Origin: Escherichia phage GoldenSnicker
Sequence record: OR896832.1
Strand: one strand, 5' to 3'
DNA: 64,000 nucleotides
Part shown: piece after piece, positions 45,148 through 54,778 of the stretch
How the letters are laid out: the number at the start of each line of letters is the position of its first letter
Position numbering within the stretch: position 1 is the first letter of the stretch
Program-made: the position numbers and the translations under genes
Notes under the pieces: generated by a model
What the model was told of the DNA's origin: nothing
The model's database searches: none
The model's input: only the letters and a program-made list of their open reading frames with translations

Positions 45148-45279
45148 TTATTTTGCTTCTACAACCTTGCGGATTGTGCGGTCTGATACATTATAGATTC
45201 GTGCCAGTTCGCCTTTAGTCAAGCCGCGAGCGTATTGTTTACGGATGGTTTCTTTCTGGATATCGGTCAGTTTAGTCAT
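45148..45279 (-). CDS. 43-aa helix-turn-helix peptide
   Basis: hand translation MTKLTDIQKETIRKQYARGLTKGELARIYNVSDRTIRKVVEAK with AGGTGA SD; HTH-like LTKGELARIYNVSDRTIRK. Confidence 0.45.
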   Translation of the reverse strand: MTKLTDIQKETIRKQYARGLTKGELARIYNVSDRTIRKVVEAK

Positions 45280-45290
45280 AATATCACCTC

Positions 45291-47399
45291 TTAAAATTTA
45301 ACATTCTTAACCAGTTTCATAAAGTCTTGTGCGCGTTTGTCATTATGCAGAATACGATACCAGTTATCTACAATATCATACAGTAACGGGCTATTCTCTT
45401 TAAACTTCGCACAAACTGCTTTAATTCGTTCGTTTGCTGCCGTGAATTTTTCATCACAGATCTTTTTAGTTTCTTCGTCCATAATCCAACGAGTACGAAG
45501 GAGTAACTTGGAAACCTCTTTATTATAATGACGACCGTACAGTCTGTCAATAAATTCTGGAACACAGCGTTCTAGTTCATCGTCATGAAACAACATAGTG
45601 ATCACACCAAGATATTCGCCATACCCCAGATGATTGGTCTTAACCTTCTTAGCCAGACCAGCCAGCTTACCGCGAACAAATTCTAGCGCACATTCCAATT
45701 GTTCGTCAACGAGATATTTTTGTGTCTCGTTACGAGTAATAATATACTTTGTTACCCCGAAGTAGTCAAGCGCCGTGTGTAATGTATTTTCACTATGGAT
45801 CGATTTACGACTACGGCTTTCGAATGCATCACCTACGCGGAACATGTGCAAGCCTGATAACTCGCGAATCTCTGCCGCTTTCATGTGATGGCTGGTTTTA
45901 TGCCAACTGTCACCAATCTTTTCCATGATATACACGTTAGGCAGCTTAGGAGTCGCTTCACGTTGTGTACGCTCGGTCTTCTCCGGTTTAACTGCTTTAG
46001 CACGCAGATCATCGGCCTCAGACACTTTAATCACGGTCATTTCAGAATCATCATAATACTGTTTGATGTACTCGAAAGTCTCCATATGTTTTTCGTTGCG
46101 CTGACGGAACACAAGTACCTTTTTATTGATGCCGTATTCCTGGACCATGCCGTTAAGAGTCAGTGCACGCAGTTTCGGTTTATCGGTATCATCAATAAGA
46201 CACGTAATATCTTCTTTATGCATCCATACAAAATGCGTAATGTTGTATTGACTGCTAACGAAAGCAGGGCGCAATTTACTTATTGTGTGACGAGTACGAT
46301 ACAGAGTATACACCTGACCTTCTACGTCATTAGGCGAATCTTTACCCGCATTCACAAACTTATTATAGATTGCTACCGGATCATCCCACTTCCCGATCTT
46401 ACCCATCTTGCTAATAATATTGCGTTGAGTCGATGAATACTCGCTCATAAATTGCGCAAGTTTACGCTCTGTTTTAATGTTGGCGATCTTCTCTTTAACC
46501 TTTTCCAACATCATTTCATTGATTTCTGCAATGCGTTTTTCGATGTTCGCTTTAGTCTCAATTGACAAGTGAACTTCTTCACGCGATGGCATCAGGTCCA
46601 GATCACCCAACTCAAAATTAATGTAAATGGTCTGGTGCTGGCGGTTTACAGCTTCTAACCATGTTCCGCGAACATATTCATACGGGATCGGATACTGGAT
46701 CTTACCCATGATTGCATATACTACATAGGAATCGTTATCACGCCCATTACAAACATAATAATTATCAAAGCTAGGGAAATAATTAATTTCGATTGCATTG
46801 ATATTAGGTTTGTGTTCCCCAAAATGACGCAGTACAAATTGCGCTTCTCGATGCCATGTCTGAATATCTTTTTCTTTCACTGGAATAGTGATTTTCAGAC
46901 CATTGTCTTCATCAGTCGGTTCGTCGAAAATCTGCACCATTTTCGGCATCGAGTTTTGCACAAATGCCGTAAAGCCATAAGCGCGACCATTGTAATAGTT
47001 TACGATTGTAAAGGTGTCGGTATAGCTATAAGCAGACTTCGCACCCAAACCAAAAGACCCGATATAGTCATTAGTCTGGTCTTTTGTTGATTCAAAGTAA
47101 ACCGTAAACAGTTGTTCTAATTCTTTCTTAGACGGAATACCAGTACCATAATCACGCACAGAAAAATACGGTTCGATTGCAGTCGGTAAATGAATATCAA
47201 ACGGACGATCTAAGGTTCCGGCTTCTTTGTGAGTGTCGGTAGCATTGCACGAATACTCACGGACGCAAGCACGCTCACAATATTGATAAGTGTTCTTAGA
47301 AAGCACCATAAAAGCCTTGCTACTTGCTTTCAGTGAAAAATCAACCGCACCGCTCAAGTCACTGCCAAATACTTCTTCATTATCAATATGCATTTTCAT
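45291..47399 (-). CDS. rIIA: rIIA protein
   Basis: 702 aa; N-terminal GHKL-ATPase-like region (DYGTGIP, GSFGLGAKSAY); size and position as T4 rIIA. Confidence 0.7.
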   Translation of the reverse strand: MKMHIDNEEVFGSDLSGAVDFSLKASSKAFMVLSKNTYQYCERACVREYSCNATDTHKEAGTLDRPFDIHLPTAIEPYFSVRDYGTGIPSKKELEQLFTVYFESTKDQTNDYIGSFGLGAKSAYSYTDTFTIVNYYNGRAYGFTAFVQNSMPKMVQIFDEPTDEDNGLKITIPVKEKDIQTWHREAQFVLRHFGEHKPNINAIEINYFPSFDNYYVCNGRDNDSYVVYAIMGKIQYPIPYEYVRGTWLEAVNRQHQTIYINFELGDLDLMPSREEVHLSIETKANIEKRIAEINEMMLEKVKEKIANIKTERKLAQFMSEYSSTQRNIISKMGKIGKWDDPVAIYNKFVNAGKDSPNDVEGQVYTLYRTRHTISKLRPAFVSSQYNITHFVWMHKEDITCLIDDTDKPKLRALTLNGMVQEYGINKKVLVFRQRNEKHMETFEYIKQYYDDSEMTVIKVSEADDLRAKAVKPEKTERTQREATPKLPNVYIMEKIGDSWHKTSHHMKAAEIRELSGLHMFRVGDAFESRSRKSIHSENTLHTALDYFGVTKYIITRNETQKYLVDEQLECALEFVRGKLAGLAKKVKTNHLGYGEYLGVITMLFHDDELERCVPEFIDRLYGRHYNKEVSKLLLRTRWIMDEETKKICDEKFTAANERIKAVCAKFKENSPLLYDIVDNWYRILHNDKRAQDFMKLVKNVKF

Positions 47400-47413
47400 A
47401 ATATAATCCTCAC

Positions 47414-47671
47414 TTAATTAAAATCTTCTTTGTCCATCTCTGCGTAGATTACATCCCACGCCCATAAATCAATAAACGCATTATATGTCACGGTGCAATC
47501 GTTGTCAATCACTTCTTTCGCATATTTCTTGATGTTTTCGTAGGAAACTTGCGGGTCAATTTTGTGTTTACGAAGGTGCGCATATTCATATCTCAGACAT
47601 TTCATAAATAGGTCCATCGATTTCTTTTCTCGATGACACTTGGCGATCATAAAATCAAAACTTCGACTCAT
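47414..47671 (-). CDS. hypothetical protein
   Basis: 85-aa ORF downstream of rIIA. Confidence 0.4.
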   Translation of the reverse strand: MSRSFDFMIAKCHREKKSMDLFMKCLRYEYAHLRKHKIDPQVSYENIKKYAKEVIDNDCTVTYNAFIDLWAWDVIYAEMDKEDFN

Positions 47672-47682
47672 TTTTCTACTCC

Positions 47683-47877
47683 TTATACATTTTCAATTAC
47701 CCATTGCAGATGGGCTTCTGCGTCAACCAGTTCAGCGCGGCTTTTCTCTAAGCACTTGCTGTATTCTTTACGTTCCCACTCGGCAATTTCGTTTTTCAGG
47801 ACTTCTTCATAGTAAGCAATTACGCCTTTCAGGTCTGAAACTTTACGGCTTGCCAATTCGATGTAATGGTTACGCAT
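47683..47877 (-). CDS. hypothetical small protein
   Basis: 64-aa ORF. Confidence 0.35.
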   Translation of the reverse strand: MRNHYIELASRKVSDLKGVIAYYEEVLKNEIAEWERKEYSKCLEKSRAELVDAEAHLQWVIENV

Positions 47878-48073
47878 TTTGATTCTCCTTTGTTACTAGA
47901 TAACGAATTTGGTCTTGCATTGCGATCAGTTCCCAGCGTGCTACTTTCATCATGGAAACTGACTCTTTGAACATAATATTAGCTTTTTCCTTATCCCCTG
48001 TCAAGTAGATTTCTGCAATTTTTTCACAAAATTTTTGAGTTTCTTCATTCTTAAACGGTTTCATATAAGTCAA
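47870..48073 (-). CDS. hypothetical small protein
   Basis: 67-aa ORF with promoter 48095-48123 upstream. Confidence 0.4.
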   Translation of the reverse strand: MTYMKPFKNEETQKFCEKIAEIYLTGDKEKANIMFKESVSMMKVARWELIAMQDQIRYLVTKENQNA

Positions 48074-48094
48074 CCTTTTGTTTTCTATGGGGAT

Positions 48095-48123
48095 ATTATG
48101 ATATATCCCCGATCCAGTGTCAA
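48095..48123 (-). promoter_or_regulatory. sigma70-type early promoter with stem-loop
   Basis: TTGACA (48123..48118), 17 bp, CATAAT (48100..48095); inverted repeat ggggatat/atatcccc spans the -10. Confidence 0.55.
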
Positions 48124-48131
48124 CGGATTTT

Positions 48132-48431
48132 TTAATCTTTTTTCAGTGCATCCATTACTCGCTCTGCGATCAGTTCTCTTAAGCACTGATAACCATGATA
48201 TTTGATGGCAATGTCACGCAGATCATTAACCAGTTCCCGTACTTCATGGTCTTTCAGATCGTCTCTGTATTTCGATTTAATCGTATCTTTAGGTGGATTG
48301 CGGATAACCTGAAAACCTTGTTCTGCAATCACTGCGGCTTCGCGCTGGCGTTCATGTTGTACTGTATTTTTGATCAGGTCTGCTTCCATGAACTTTGCCA
48401 TACTCATCATCATGTTATTCTTTTTGCTCAT
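48132..48431 (-). CDS. hypothetical protein (internal start)
   Basis: about 99 aa from MSKKNN; promoter 48466-48494 upstream. Confidence 0.4.
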   Translation of the reverse strand: MSKKNNMMMSMAKFMEADLIKNTVQHERQREAAVIAEQGFQVIRNPPKDTIKSKYRDDLKDHEVRELVNDLRDIAIKYHGYQCLRELIAERVMDALKKD

Positions 48432-48465
48432 TATTAAATCCTCATAAAAGAAAAGGGAGACTCCC

Positions 48466-48494
48466 ATTATAGAGAATCTCCCTTGTATGTCAAG
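48466..48494 (-). promoter_or_regulatory. sigma70-type early promoter
   Basis: TTGACA (48494..48489), 17 bp, TATAAT (48471..48466). Confidence 0.5.
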
Positions 48495-48496
48495 TG

Positions 48497-50320
48497 TTAT
48501 GATTGCATCCAAATTTTGCGCTGATCTGCATCTTCACTATAGAGCAAATCGAATAGCTCTTTATAGTTTTCCGGTAACGTGATGATCTCCATGACAGGAT
48601 CGTTGATCACGCGATGATAGTCTGATTCTGTGAGCGATGCTAAACCTTTTATATATCGAATGTTGTAACCTTTGATATTATCTCGGTCGTTCTCGAAATC
48701 TTCTAGGTCATAATACCATCGAACATCATCACCTTTCTTTGGTTCAGCAATGATAATAGGTGTTTTGATAAACCGGATTCGTCCATCTTCGAACAATTCA
48801 GGCCAACGTGCAAAGAAAGAGATCAGACTAGGCTTAATAGACCCGATCCCGTCGGTATCAGCGTCTGTCATAATCGCAATATTTTTGTATTGCATAACTT
48901 CCAATGCATCAACACCAAATTGCAAACCAGTGATCGCCATGATGTTAAAAATTTCGGCGTTCTTAACGATCTTTGCCTCTGGTTGCTCCCACGTTGTAAG
49001 AGTTTTACCTCGCAACGGGAAACCTCCATGTAAATCTTGATCACGTACAGAGATCAGATAGTTGATCGCGGAATCACCTTCCGTCAAAAACAGGGTAGTT
49101 TCTGCGTCAGTTCCAATAAGGTTAGCTTTAACGTGTTTTGCTACCTTAGCCCGTTTTGCTGCCTTTGCTGCCTTAGTCGCTGCCGCTTTATCTGCTGCCT
49201 CTTTGCGTGCCAGGACTACAGCAATAATAGGCATGATAATGTTTTCTTTCTTCGCAATGACTTTAGCCAGTTTTTTAAAGTCCAGATCAATGTGTCGCTT
49301 GATATCACCAGTTGGATTAGTCAAGCGTTCTTTTGTCTGTGAATCAAAGCGCAAGTTAGGCAATTCACGAACAATAAGAATACAGGTCAATCCAGACTTA
49401 ACCGCAGCTTTAGTAACATCAACCTTATATTCTTTCTTGATTCGTTTTACAATCTCTTCACAAAGATCATCTGTCACGTAGTCTACGTGTGTTCCCCCGT
49501 TTTTGGTAAACAGACCATTAGCAAAGGATACTGATTTAAAACCTTCTCCCTCGACCGCCGGAACTAGAGCAAGTGAAAAGTTTTTATCTTCAATGACAAA
49601 CGGATCATCATTGTATAGTTTAGCATAATCCTTGAACTTACTAACAATACGTTTACCATTAAACTTAAACGTGATCTTAGGAAAGATTACGCTCAATGAT
49701 TGCAGACGATCATGAACAATATCTAAAACAGAGTTGTCCATCATATAACCTTCGAAGTGGTCGAAGTCTGGGCAAAATGTAACCTTTGTTCCCTTCAATT
49801 TTGATGGTTTTGACGACCATGTGATATTTTCAGCGCCGTTTGTGCACTGTACGGTCATTTCTGTTTCGCCGTCACATGTTACACCAGTAAACCAATCGCT
49901 AAAGAAATTTGACAACGACGACCCCACACCGTTCATCCCTTGCGTTAATCGATTGGTATCATCAAAGTTAGACCCTGCTTTTGTTCGTGTCCATGCGGCT
50001 ACAGGTTGCGGAATCTGCGTACCCTCTGGGGTAGTAACCATATGTTGAGGAATACCGCGACCATTGTCTGTTACCGTAACAATATTGTTTTGGATATCGA
50101 CGCTAATCACATTGGCAAATTCAAAGTTAGTGCGGATCGCCTCGTCTACAGAGTTGTCGATGATCTCATCAATGATTTTAACCAGTCCAGGAACATATGA
50201 AATTTTTGTCCACTTACCGAACAGGAAACGTTGATGTTCTTCGTAAGTTGTTGATCCTATATACATTCCTGCACGCTTAAGGACATGTTCACGATCAGAT
50301 AAAATGCGAAACTCACTCAT
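48497..50320 (-). CDS. 39: DNA topoisomerase II large subunit (GyrB-like), fused 39+60 type
   Basis: 607 aa single ORF; N-terminal ATPase region LKRAGMYIGS; length equals gp39 plus gp60 of T4. Confidence 0.85.
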   Translation of the reverse strand: MSEFRILSDREHVLKRAGMYIGSTTYEEHQRFLFGKWTKISYVPGLVKIIDEIIDNSVDEAIRTNFEFANVISVDIQNNIVTVTDNGRGIPQHMVTTPEGTQIPQPVAAWTRTKAGSNFDDTNRLTQGMNGVGSSLSNFFSDWFTGVTCDGETEMTVQCTNGAENITWSSKPSKLKGTKVTFCPDFDHFEGYMMDNSVLDIVHDRLQSLSVIFPKITFKFNGKRIVSKFKDYAKLYNDDPFVIEDKNFSLALVPAVEGEGFKSVSFANGLFTKNGGTHVDYVTDDLCEEIVKRIKKEYKVDVTKAAVKSGLTCILIVRELPNLRFDSQTKERLTNPTGDIKRHIDLDFKKLAKVIAKKENIIMPIIAVVLARKEAADKAAATKAAKAAKRAKVAKHVKANLIGTDAETTLFLTEGDSAINYLISVRDQDLHGGFPLRGKTLTTWEQPEAKIVKNAEIFNIMAITGLQFGVDALEVMQYKNIAIMTDADTDGIGSIKPSLISFFARWPELFEDGRIRFIKTPIIIAEPKKGDDVRWYYDLEDFENDRDNIKGYNIRYIKGLASLTESDYHRVINDPVMEIITLPENYKELFDLLYSEDADQRKIWMQS

Positions 50321-50419
50321 TATTAAACCTCTTCATAACATAACCATAACTTACTGCAACCGCCACAAAGACGGCTGCAACAATCATATTAAAAATTGAG
50401 TGATTGTCAAGTATATGAC

Positions 50420-50593
50420 TCATGACACGCGCACATTTTTATCGTAATACCCGCCATTAATCCCGCGCGGGGCAGTCAATCCCTGTTTGCATTCTTTACC
50501 GCATTCAGGGCATTCTGCCTTTTCACGCTCGGAAATTTTGCGGATTTTCTGAAATTGACCGTGTTCTTCACAAGAATAATCGTATAATGGCAT
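50420..50593 (-). CDS. FmdB-like zinc-ribbon protein
   Basis: MPLYDYSCEEHG...CPECG; about 57 aa from the internal ATG. Confidence 0.5.
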   Translation of the reverse strand: MPLYDYSCEEHGQFQKIRKISEREKAECPECGKECKQGLTAPRGINGGYYDKNVRVS

Positions 50594-50594
50594 A

Positions 50595-51263
50595 TTATCC
50601 CCTTTGTTTCTTAACTGAATTTGGATCTGGATTTTCTGGTAGGTCTTCCAGACCCATAGCATAACGTTGTGCATAGATTAGCATAAGAATATCGCGAGCG
50701 CAATCATGAATTGCATCATGTGCGATAAAACCATCTAGCGTACCCATTGGTAACGGACACTCACACATCCCGCGATGCATCAATGTACGCTCAATGGCGG
50801 TGCGAACATCTCGGATATTCCAGAATCGCACAGGTTCAAGGCTGAACGTCTCTCGTGTATTGTGTGCACGGCGGATCATATCAACTAGTAACGGAATATC
50901 AAACGCATTACCGCGTGACCACAATACGGATTTAACCGGATCTACTCCTACGGCTTCACAGAATGCGTTAAAACGCGCTAAACCTTCTTTAGTTGATACT
51001 TCCGTACCATTTGTGATTAATTGCTTTCTCATGCCTTCTGAGGCGGTATTCTTCCACCATTCAACCACACCATGATCAAACACCCTTACACCTTTCTGGG
51101 AAGGAATATCAAATTTTACCAGAAAGGAATTGTCAACCAGTTCTTTAAATGTAGGTGGATTGTGCGGATCTTCTTTAAATCCGATTGCCGCCATATTGAT
51201 AACCGCCCCATCAGGCGGATAACCTAAACTTTCAAAGTCAATCATTAAATCCACTGGAAGCAT
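50595..51263 (-). CDS. dexA: 3'-5' exonuclease, DexA-like (DnaQ fold)
   Basis: Exo I motif MIDFESLG and Exo III motif HDAIHD; 222 aa; sits before dda as in T4. Confidence 0.7.
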   Translation of the reverse strand: MLPVDLMIDFESLGYPPDGAVINMAAIGFKEDPHNPPTFKELVDNSFLVKFDIPSQKGVRVFDHGVVEWWKNTASEGMRKQLITNGTEVSTKEGLARFNAFCEAVGVDPVKSVLWSRGNAFDIPLLVDMIRRAHNTRETFSLEPVRFWNIRDVRTAIERTLMHRGMCECPLPMGTLDGFIAHDAIHDCARDILMLIYAQRYAMGLEDLPENPDPNSVKKQRG

Positions 51264-51264
51264 T

Positions 51265-51504
51265 TTAAATATCCTCCGCGATATGCCGGAACAACTCCAG
51301 ATCGTTTTTATCTAACACTAGATTGCATTTGGTTGACCGATAATTGCAAACATTAATCAGTAAACTTTCCATCGCCTGTACCGACTGTACTTTATGTCGA
51401 AAAGACATTACATGTTGTGCATAATCAGCGTGAATTTTATCACGATGGAATGTTACGATGGCATCTAAACATAACAGTTTATCAAGTTCATCAATAATCA
51501 TCAT
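51265..51504 (-). CDS. hypothetical protein
   Basis: 79-aa ORF. Confidence 0.4.
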   Translation of the reverse strand: MMIIDELDKLLCLDAIVTFHRDKIHADYAQHVMSFRHKVQSVQAMESLLINVCNYRSTKCNLVLDKNDLELFRHIAEDI

Positions 51505-51505
51505 A

Positions 51506-51688
51506 TCAGTAACCCCGCTTAGTGAAGTGATCTATCATGGAATTAATACAATCGGCCTCGCTGATTCCAGATATACCCCATCCGTAGTTACCCCACCTGA
51601 AATGCATGTATACACATTCGCCATGATACGATACTTTCACTTCGTCAAATTCTGGGATACTTCGCATAATCATAATAATATTCCTCAA
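51506..51688 (-). CDS. hypothetical small protein
   Basis: 60-aa ORF. Confidence 0.35.
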   Translation of the reverse strand: MRNIIMIMRSIPEFDEVKVSYHGECVYMHFRWGNYGWGISGISEADCINSMIDHFTKRGY

Positions 51689-53076
51689 ATATAGTCTACA
51701 CGATACCGTGCACGGGTAACACCCACATATAATAACTGCATTGCCAATTCAAAGTCAACATTATCTGTACACATGCAAGGGGTATACAGGAACACGCGGT
51801 CTACGCTGATTCCTTGTGACTTATGAATAGTGCAAGCTGGTAATGCTTTTACATTCAAGAACATACGCTTCATCGTCCAGAAAGAATCCCAATCCGGTTT
51901 AAATTTTGGATTCTCTTTCTTCATTTCGCGATATTGTCCGGCGACCGTATTCAGATAGATAGAGAAAATGTTCTTCTGACGTTGTTCTGTCAGAATGTTG
52001 ATTTCTACTAAATCTGGTTTATCTGTAGTGATTCCGACTGCATCTAACCCTACTTTCTGATTTAGGATTTCTTTGTCTTCGTCATCATCGACGCTTTCCA
52101 CTTTCAGAGTATATCCTAAAACTGGTTGCGGATCTACCCCCGTGCAACGTAATGTAAATTCACGCGGGATGACCTCTTTAACTCGGATCATCTCACCATT
52201 GTTAAAAATAACATTGGGAATCTTCTTCCCGCGTTCATCTCGCAGATATTCGATCAATGGTTCCTGAGTAACCAGAATTTCATCTACAATCACTGGTTCA
52301 TCGGTGTTATAAACGCGCTTACGTACAATTTCATTGAGTTTTTCGACGCTCTTGTTAGTGTAAGCCAGAATACGGTTTTCTAGAAGGTCTTCCGGCGTTT
52401 TAACGGTTTCGAAATAATGCTTCATAAACTCCGGCAGAGTTGAGCTATGGAATACACCCTCGTTACCGCACTGCTTTTCGAATACCCATTTACCATTACG
52501 GACAGCGGTTGCAACGTCAATTATTGGTGCATTGGACCGTTTAATCTCTGTGAGTTCTACATTCTGGAAATTTTCATCCGTGAAGAAAGGAGAGATCGAC
52601 GTTGCACCGCTCGGATCAACTGGTCGTAACTGGTGAGGATCGCCAACTGCAATAACAACAATTCGACCGTTGATACTCTTCATGAGAATATCAAATAGTT
52701 TCTTATCGACCATACTCGCTTCATCAACAATGATGATCTGAACATCATCTAGCTTAGGAGTATCTTTTTGCTCAAATACTTGAGTATCTTCATAGTTGGT
52801 CGGGTTAAGACGCAATAAAGCATGTAAAGTAAATGCTTGACGACCTACCGCTTTACTCAAAACTTTTTTAGCCTGGTGGGTAGGCGTTGCCAAAACCACA
52901 CCAGTTACACCACGGCGGACCATTTCCTGAACAATGAATTTCATCATTGCGGTTTTACCAGTACCCGCCGCACCACGGACAGTTGTATGCTTCTTTTGTT
53001 CAATGCGTTTCATTAGAACATCAAAAGCATGTTTTTGCCCGTCTGTTAACATATCGAAAGTTAATACTCTGCTCAT
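51685..53076 (-). CDS. dda: SF1 DNA helicase Dda
   Basis: Walker A GAAGTGKT, FDxLTDGQKHAF N-terminus, C-terminal YVGVTRAR; colinear with T4 Dda. Confidence 0.85.
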   Translation of the reverse strand: MSRVLTFDMLTDGQKHAFDVLMKRIEQKKHTTVRGAAGTGKTAMMKFIVQEMVRRGVTGVVLATPTHQAKKVLSKAVGRQAFTLHALLRLNPTNYEDTQVFEQKDTPKLDDVQIIIVDEASMVDKKLFDILMKSINGRIVVIAVGDPHQLRPVDPSGATSISPFFTDENFQNVELTEIKRSNAPIIDVATAVRNGKWVFEKQCGNEGVFHSSTLPEFMKHYFETVKTPEDLLENRILAYTNKSVEKLNEIVRKRVYNTDEPVIVDEILVTQEPLIEYLRDERGKKIPNVIFNNGEMIRVKEVIPREFTLRCTGVDPQPVLGYTLKVESVDDDEDKEILNQKVGLDAVGITTDKPDLVEINILTEQRQKNIFSIYLNTVAGQYREMKKENPKFKPDWDSFWTMKRMFLNVKALPACTIHKSQGISVDRVFLYTPCMCTDNVDFELAMQLLYVGVTRARYRVDYI

Positions 53077-53390
53077 TATCCTAAAATCCTCACCTTGCGA
53101 ACACAGATAGTATTGAGTTCTCGCCGTACCCGTTCTTTCTCATATTCAGGAATTTTGTATTCTATACCATCCCGAACAATTTCAGAAGACCGGATTATAC
53201 CAAATTTTCGTTTAGGCACAACCTTGTATTTCGGTTCACCTGCCAATAGACTCTCACAATAATCTATCTGATCACACATTGACGCTAACGCAGCATCATG
53301 TGTTTCGCAAGTTAGGACGCGACCCTTCGCGTCCACTGAGTATTGAAAGAATCCGTCTTTATCACGATAACATACAGCAAATACATGCAT
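53076..53390 (-). CDS. hypothetical protein
   Basis: 104-aa ORF. Confidence 0.4.
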   Translation of the reverse strand: MHVFAVCYRDKDGFFQYSVDAKGRVLTCETHDAALASMCDQIDYCESLLAGEPKYKVVPKRKFGIIRSSEIVRDGIEYKIPEYEKERVRRELNTICVRKVRILG

Positions 53391-54145
53391 TATAAACCTA
53401 CCTTCGCTTTCATCAATTCAATCCACGACGCATCAATCGGAAGCCCGTATTTCACGCGTTCTTTTTGTGCTGGCGTTAAGTTCTCATACTTAGAAAGAGA
53501 TTCAATCAAAACGCTGGTATATTTTAGCACGATTTCGGTATTGTTTGCAATAGCCTTAAGTTTTTCTTCTTTCTTGTTGATTTCGCTAAGGGCTTGCTTG
53601 AGATCTGCAATTTTCTGATAACGTTCTTCCATACGGAAGAGAGTATTTTTAATCGCTCGCTCGGCTGCCTCTGCTTTCTCCGGTTCGTTGTGCTTTTTGT
53701 GGCGCTCGATTGCTAATTTCTTTTCTTCGATTGCCATTTCCTGATTTTTGATGCGATTCTCGTTAAGTTCGATCCACTCGATGTACTTCGCACGTAGGGC
53801 AATTTCATCATCAGAAAGTTTACCGTTAGTTCCTAGTTCCTGGATCTCTTTAAGAGATTCGATAGTGTGATTGCCACGGAAAGAATTGTATTTCAGTTTA
53901 ACCGGAATTACATTGCCATCAACATATCCCAGATTGCAATCAATGCGCTCTAAGGAGAGTCCGTCATCACCTTCACCGAAAGCCTCACCTGAATAGGCAC
54001 AATGAGTCTGGCGGTAAATGTTACGAACAGTGACTAAGCTCATAGAGAAGTCTTTGTTGCGACGTGAAGCACCAGCCATGATAGAGTTCAGCCGGAAAAC
54101 AACCAGCGCCAATTCTTCGTTAGATTTAAAAGCAAACAGTTTCAT
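53390..54145 (-). CDS. hypothetical protein with coiled-coil C-terminal half
   Basis: 251 aa; N-terminal Cys/His-containing region then a long charged helical region; no confident family assignment. Confidence 0.4.
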   Translation of the reverse strand: MKLFAFKSNEELALVVFRLNSIMAGASRRNKDFSMSLVTVRNIYRQTHCAYSGEAFGEGDDGLSLERIDCNLGYVDGNVIPVKLKYNSFRGNHTIESLKEIQELGTNGKLSDDEIALRAKYIEWIELNENRIKNQEMAIEEKKLAIERHKKHNEPEKAEAAERAIKNTLFRMEERYQKIADLKQALSEINKKEEKLKAIANNTEIVLKYTSVLIESLSKYENLTPAQKERVKYGLPIDASWIELMKAKVGL

Positions 54146-54206
54146 AATTGATTCTCCTTAGTTGGCATGTGTGTATTATTGTCTATCTGGTTTGTGCTGT
54201 CAACAC

Positions 54207-54710
54207 TTAAATTAAAGAAAATTTGTAAATCTCTATCAGATCGCCGTTACACGCGTAAACTTCCTCGATCTCATCAAGGATCATGGTCGTCCCTGTCTTG
54301 TATATGCACTCGCGCTCATCTGCCAACATAGCATACAAAGACAGTCGAGTAGTCGGATTGTCATACTCTTTAGACACCACTCGGTCAATAGCATGTTCGT
54401 AATAATTCATGCAAGGCTTGGTAGGTTTTATTGCAATAATCTTTCCTGTTGCATAAACATCGGTTGCAAAGTCCTCTGCTGTTGATTGTAGTGGCGTAAA
54501 GCTCATAGGACGCTCTACAACGAAAGAATCACCCACAATTAAGGTATCCAGCTTACGGCCTTCTCTTTTGCTCACACCGCGATACAAGGCTTCATGATGC
54601 ACTAACCGTTCAGTCTTTTCGATCAATCCATTAAGGATCGACATATCGATATTTTCTTTAGAGTTCATCACTTCATCAATGATGTTAAGTTCTTCTGGTG
54701 TAAATTGCAT
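54207..54710 (-). CDS. ADP-ribosyltransferase, ModA/ModB-like
   Basis: candidate R-S-E triad: YRG, STAED, ERE; start at ATG after GGAGG SD (listed ORF start lies inside the promoter). Confidence 0.5.
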   Translation of the reverse strand: MQFTPEELNIIDEVMNSKENIDMSILNGLIEKTERLVHHEALYRGVSKREGRKLDTLIVGDSFVVERPMSFTPLQSTAEDFATDVYATGKIIAIKPTKPCMNYYEHAIDRVVSKEYDNPTTRLSLYAMLADERECIYKTGTTMILDEIEEVYACNGDLIEIYKFSLI

Positions 54711-54742
54711 AATAAAAAGCCTCCAATCTTTCGACGGGAGGC

Positions 54743-54771
54743 ATAATAAAACCATTATAGAGTAGTGTCAA
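54743..54771 (-). promoter_or_regulatory. sigma70-type early promoter
   Basis: TTGACA (54771..54766), 17 bp, TATTAT (54748..54743). Confidence 0.5.
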
Positions 54772-54778
54772 CTAATTT

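Noticed and set aside
45885-46436. 183-aa plus-strand ORF inside rIIA
   Set aside because: Antisense to rIIA; no independent support.
640-54771. Dispersed ~50-100 bp repeats as a possible CRISPR array or MITE
   Set aside because: Copies are irregularly spaced, each precedes an ORF and contains -35/-10 hexamers; they behave as promoter cassettes, not CRISPR repeats.
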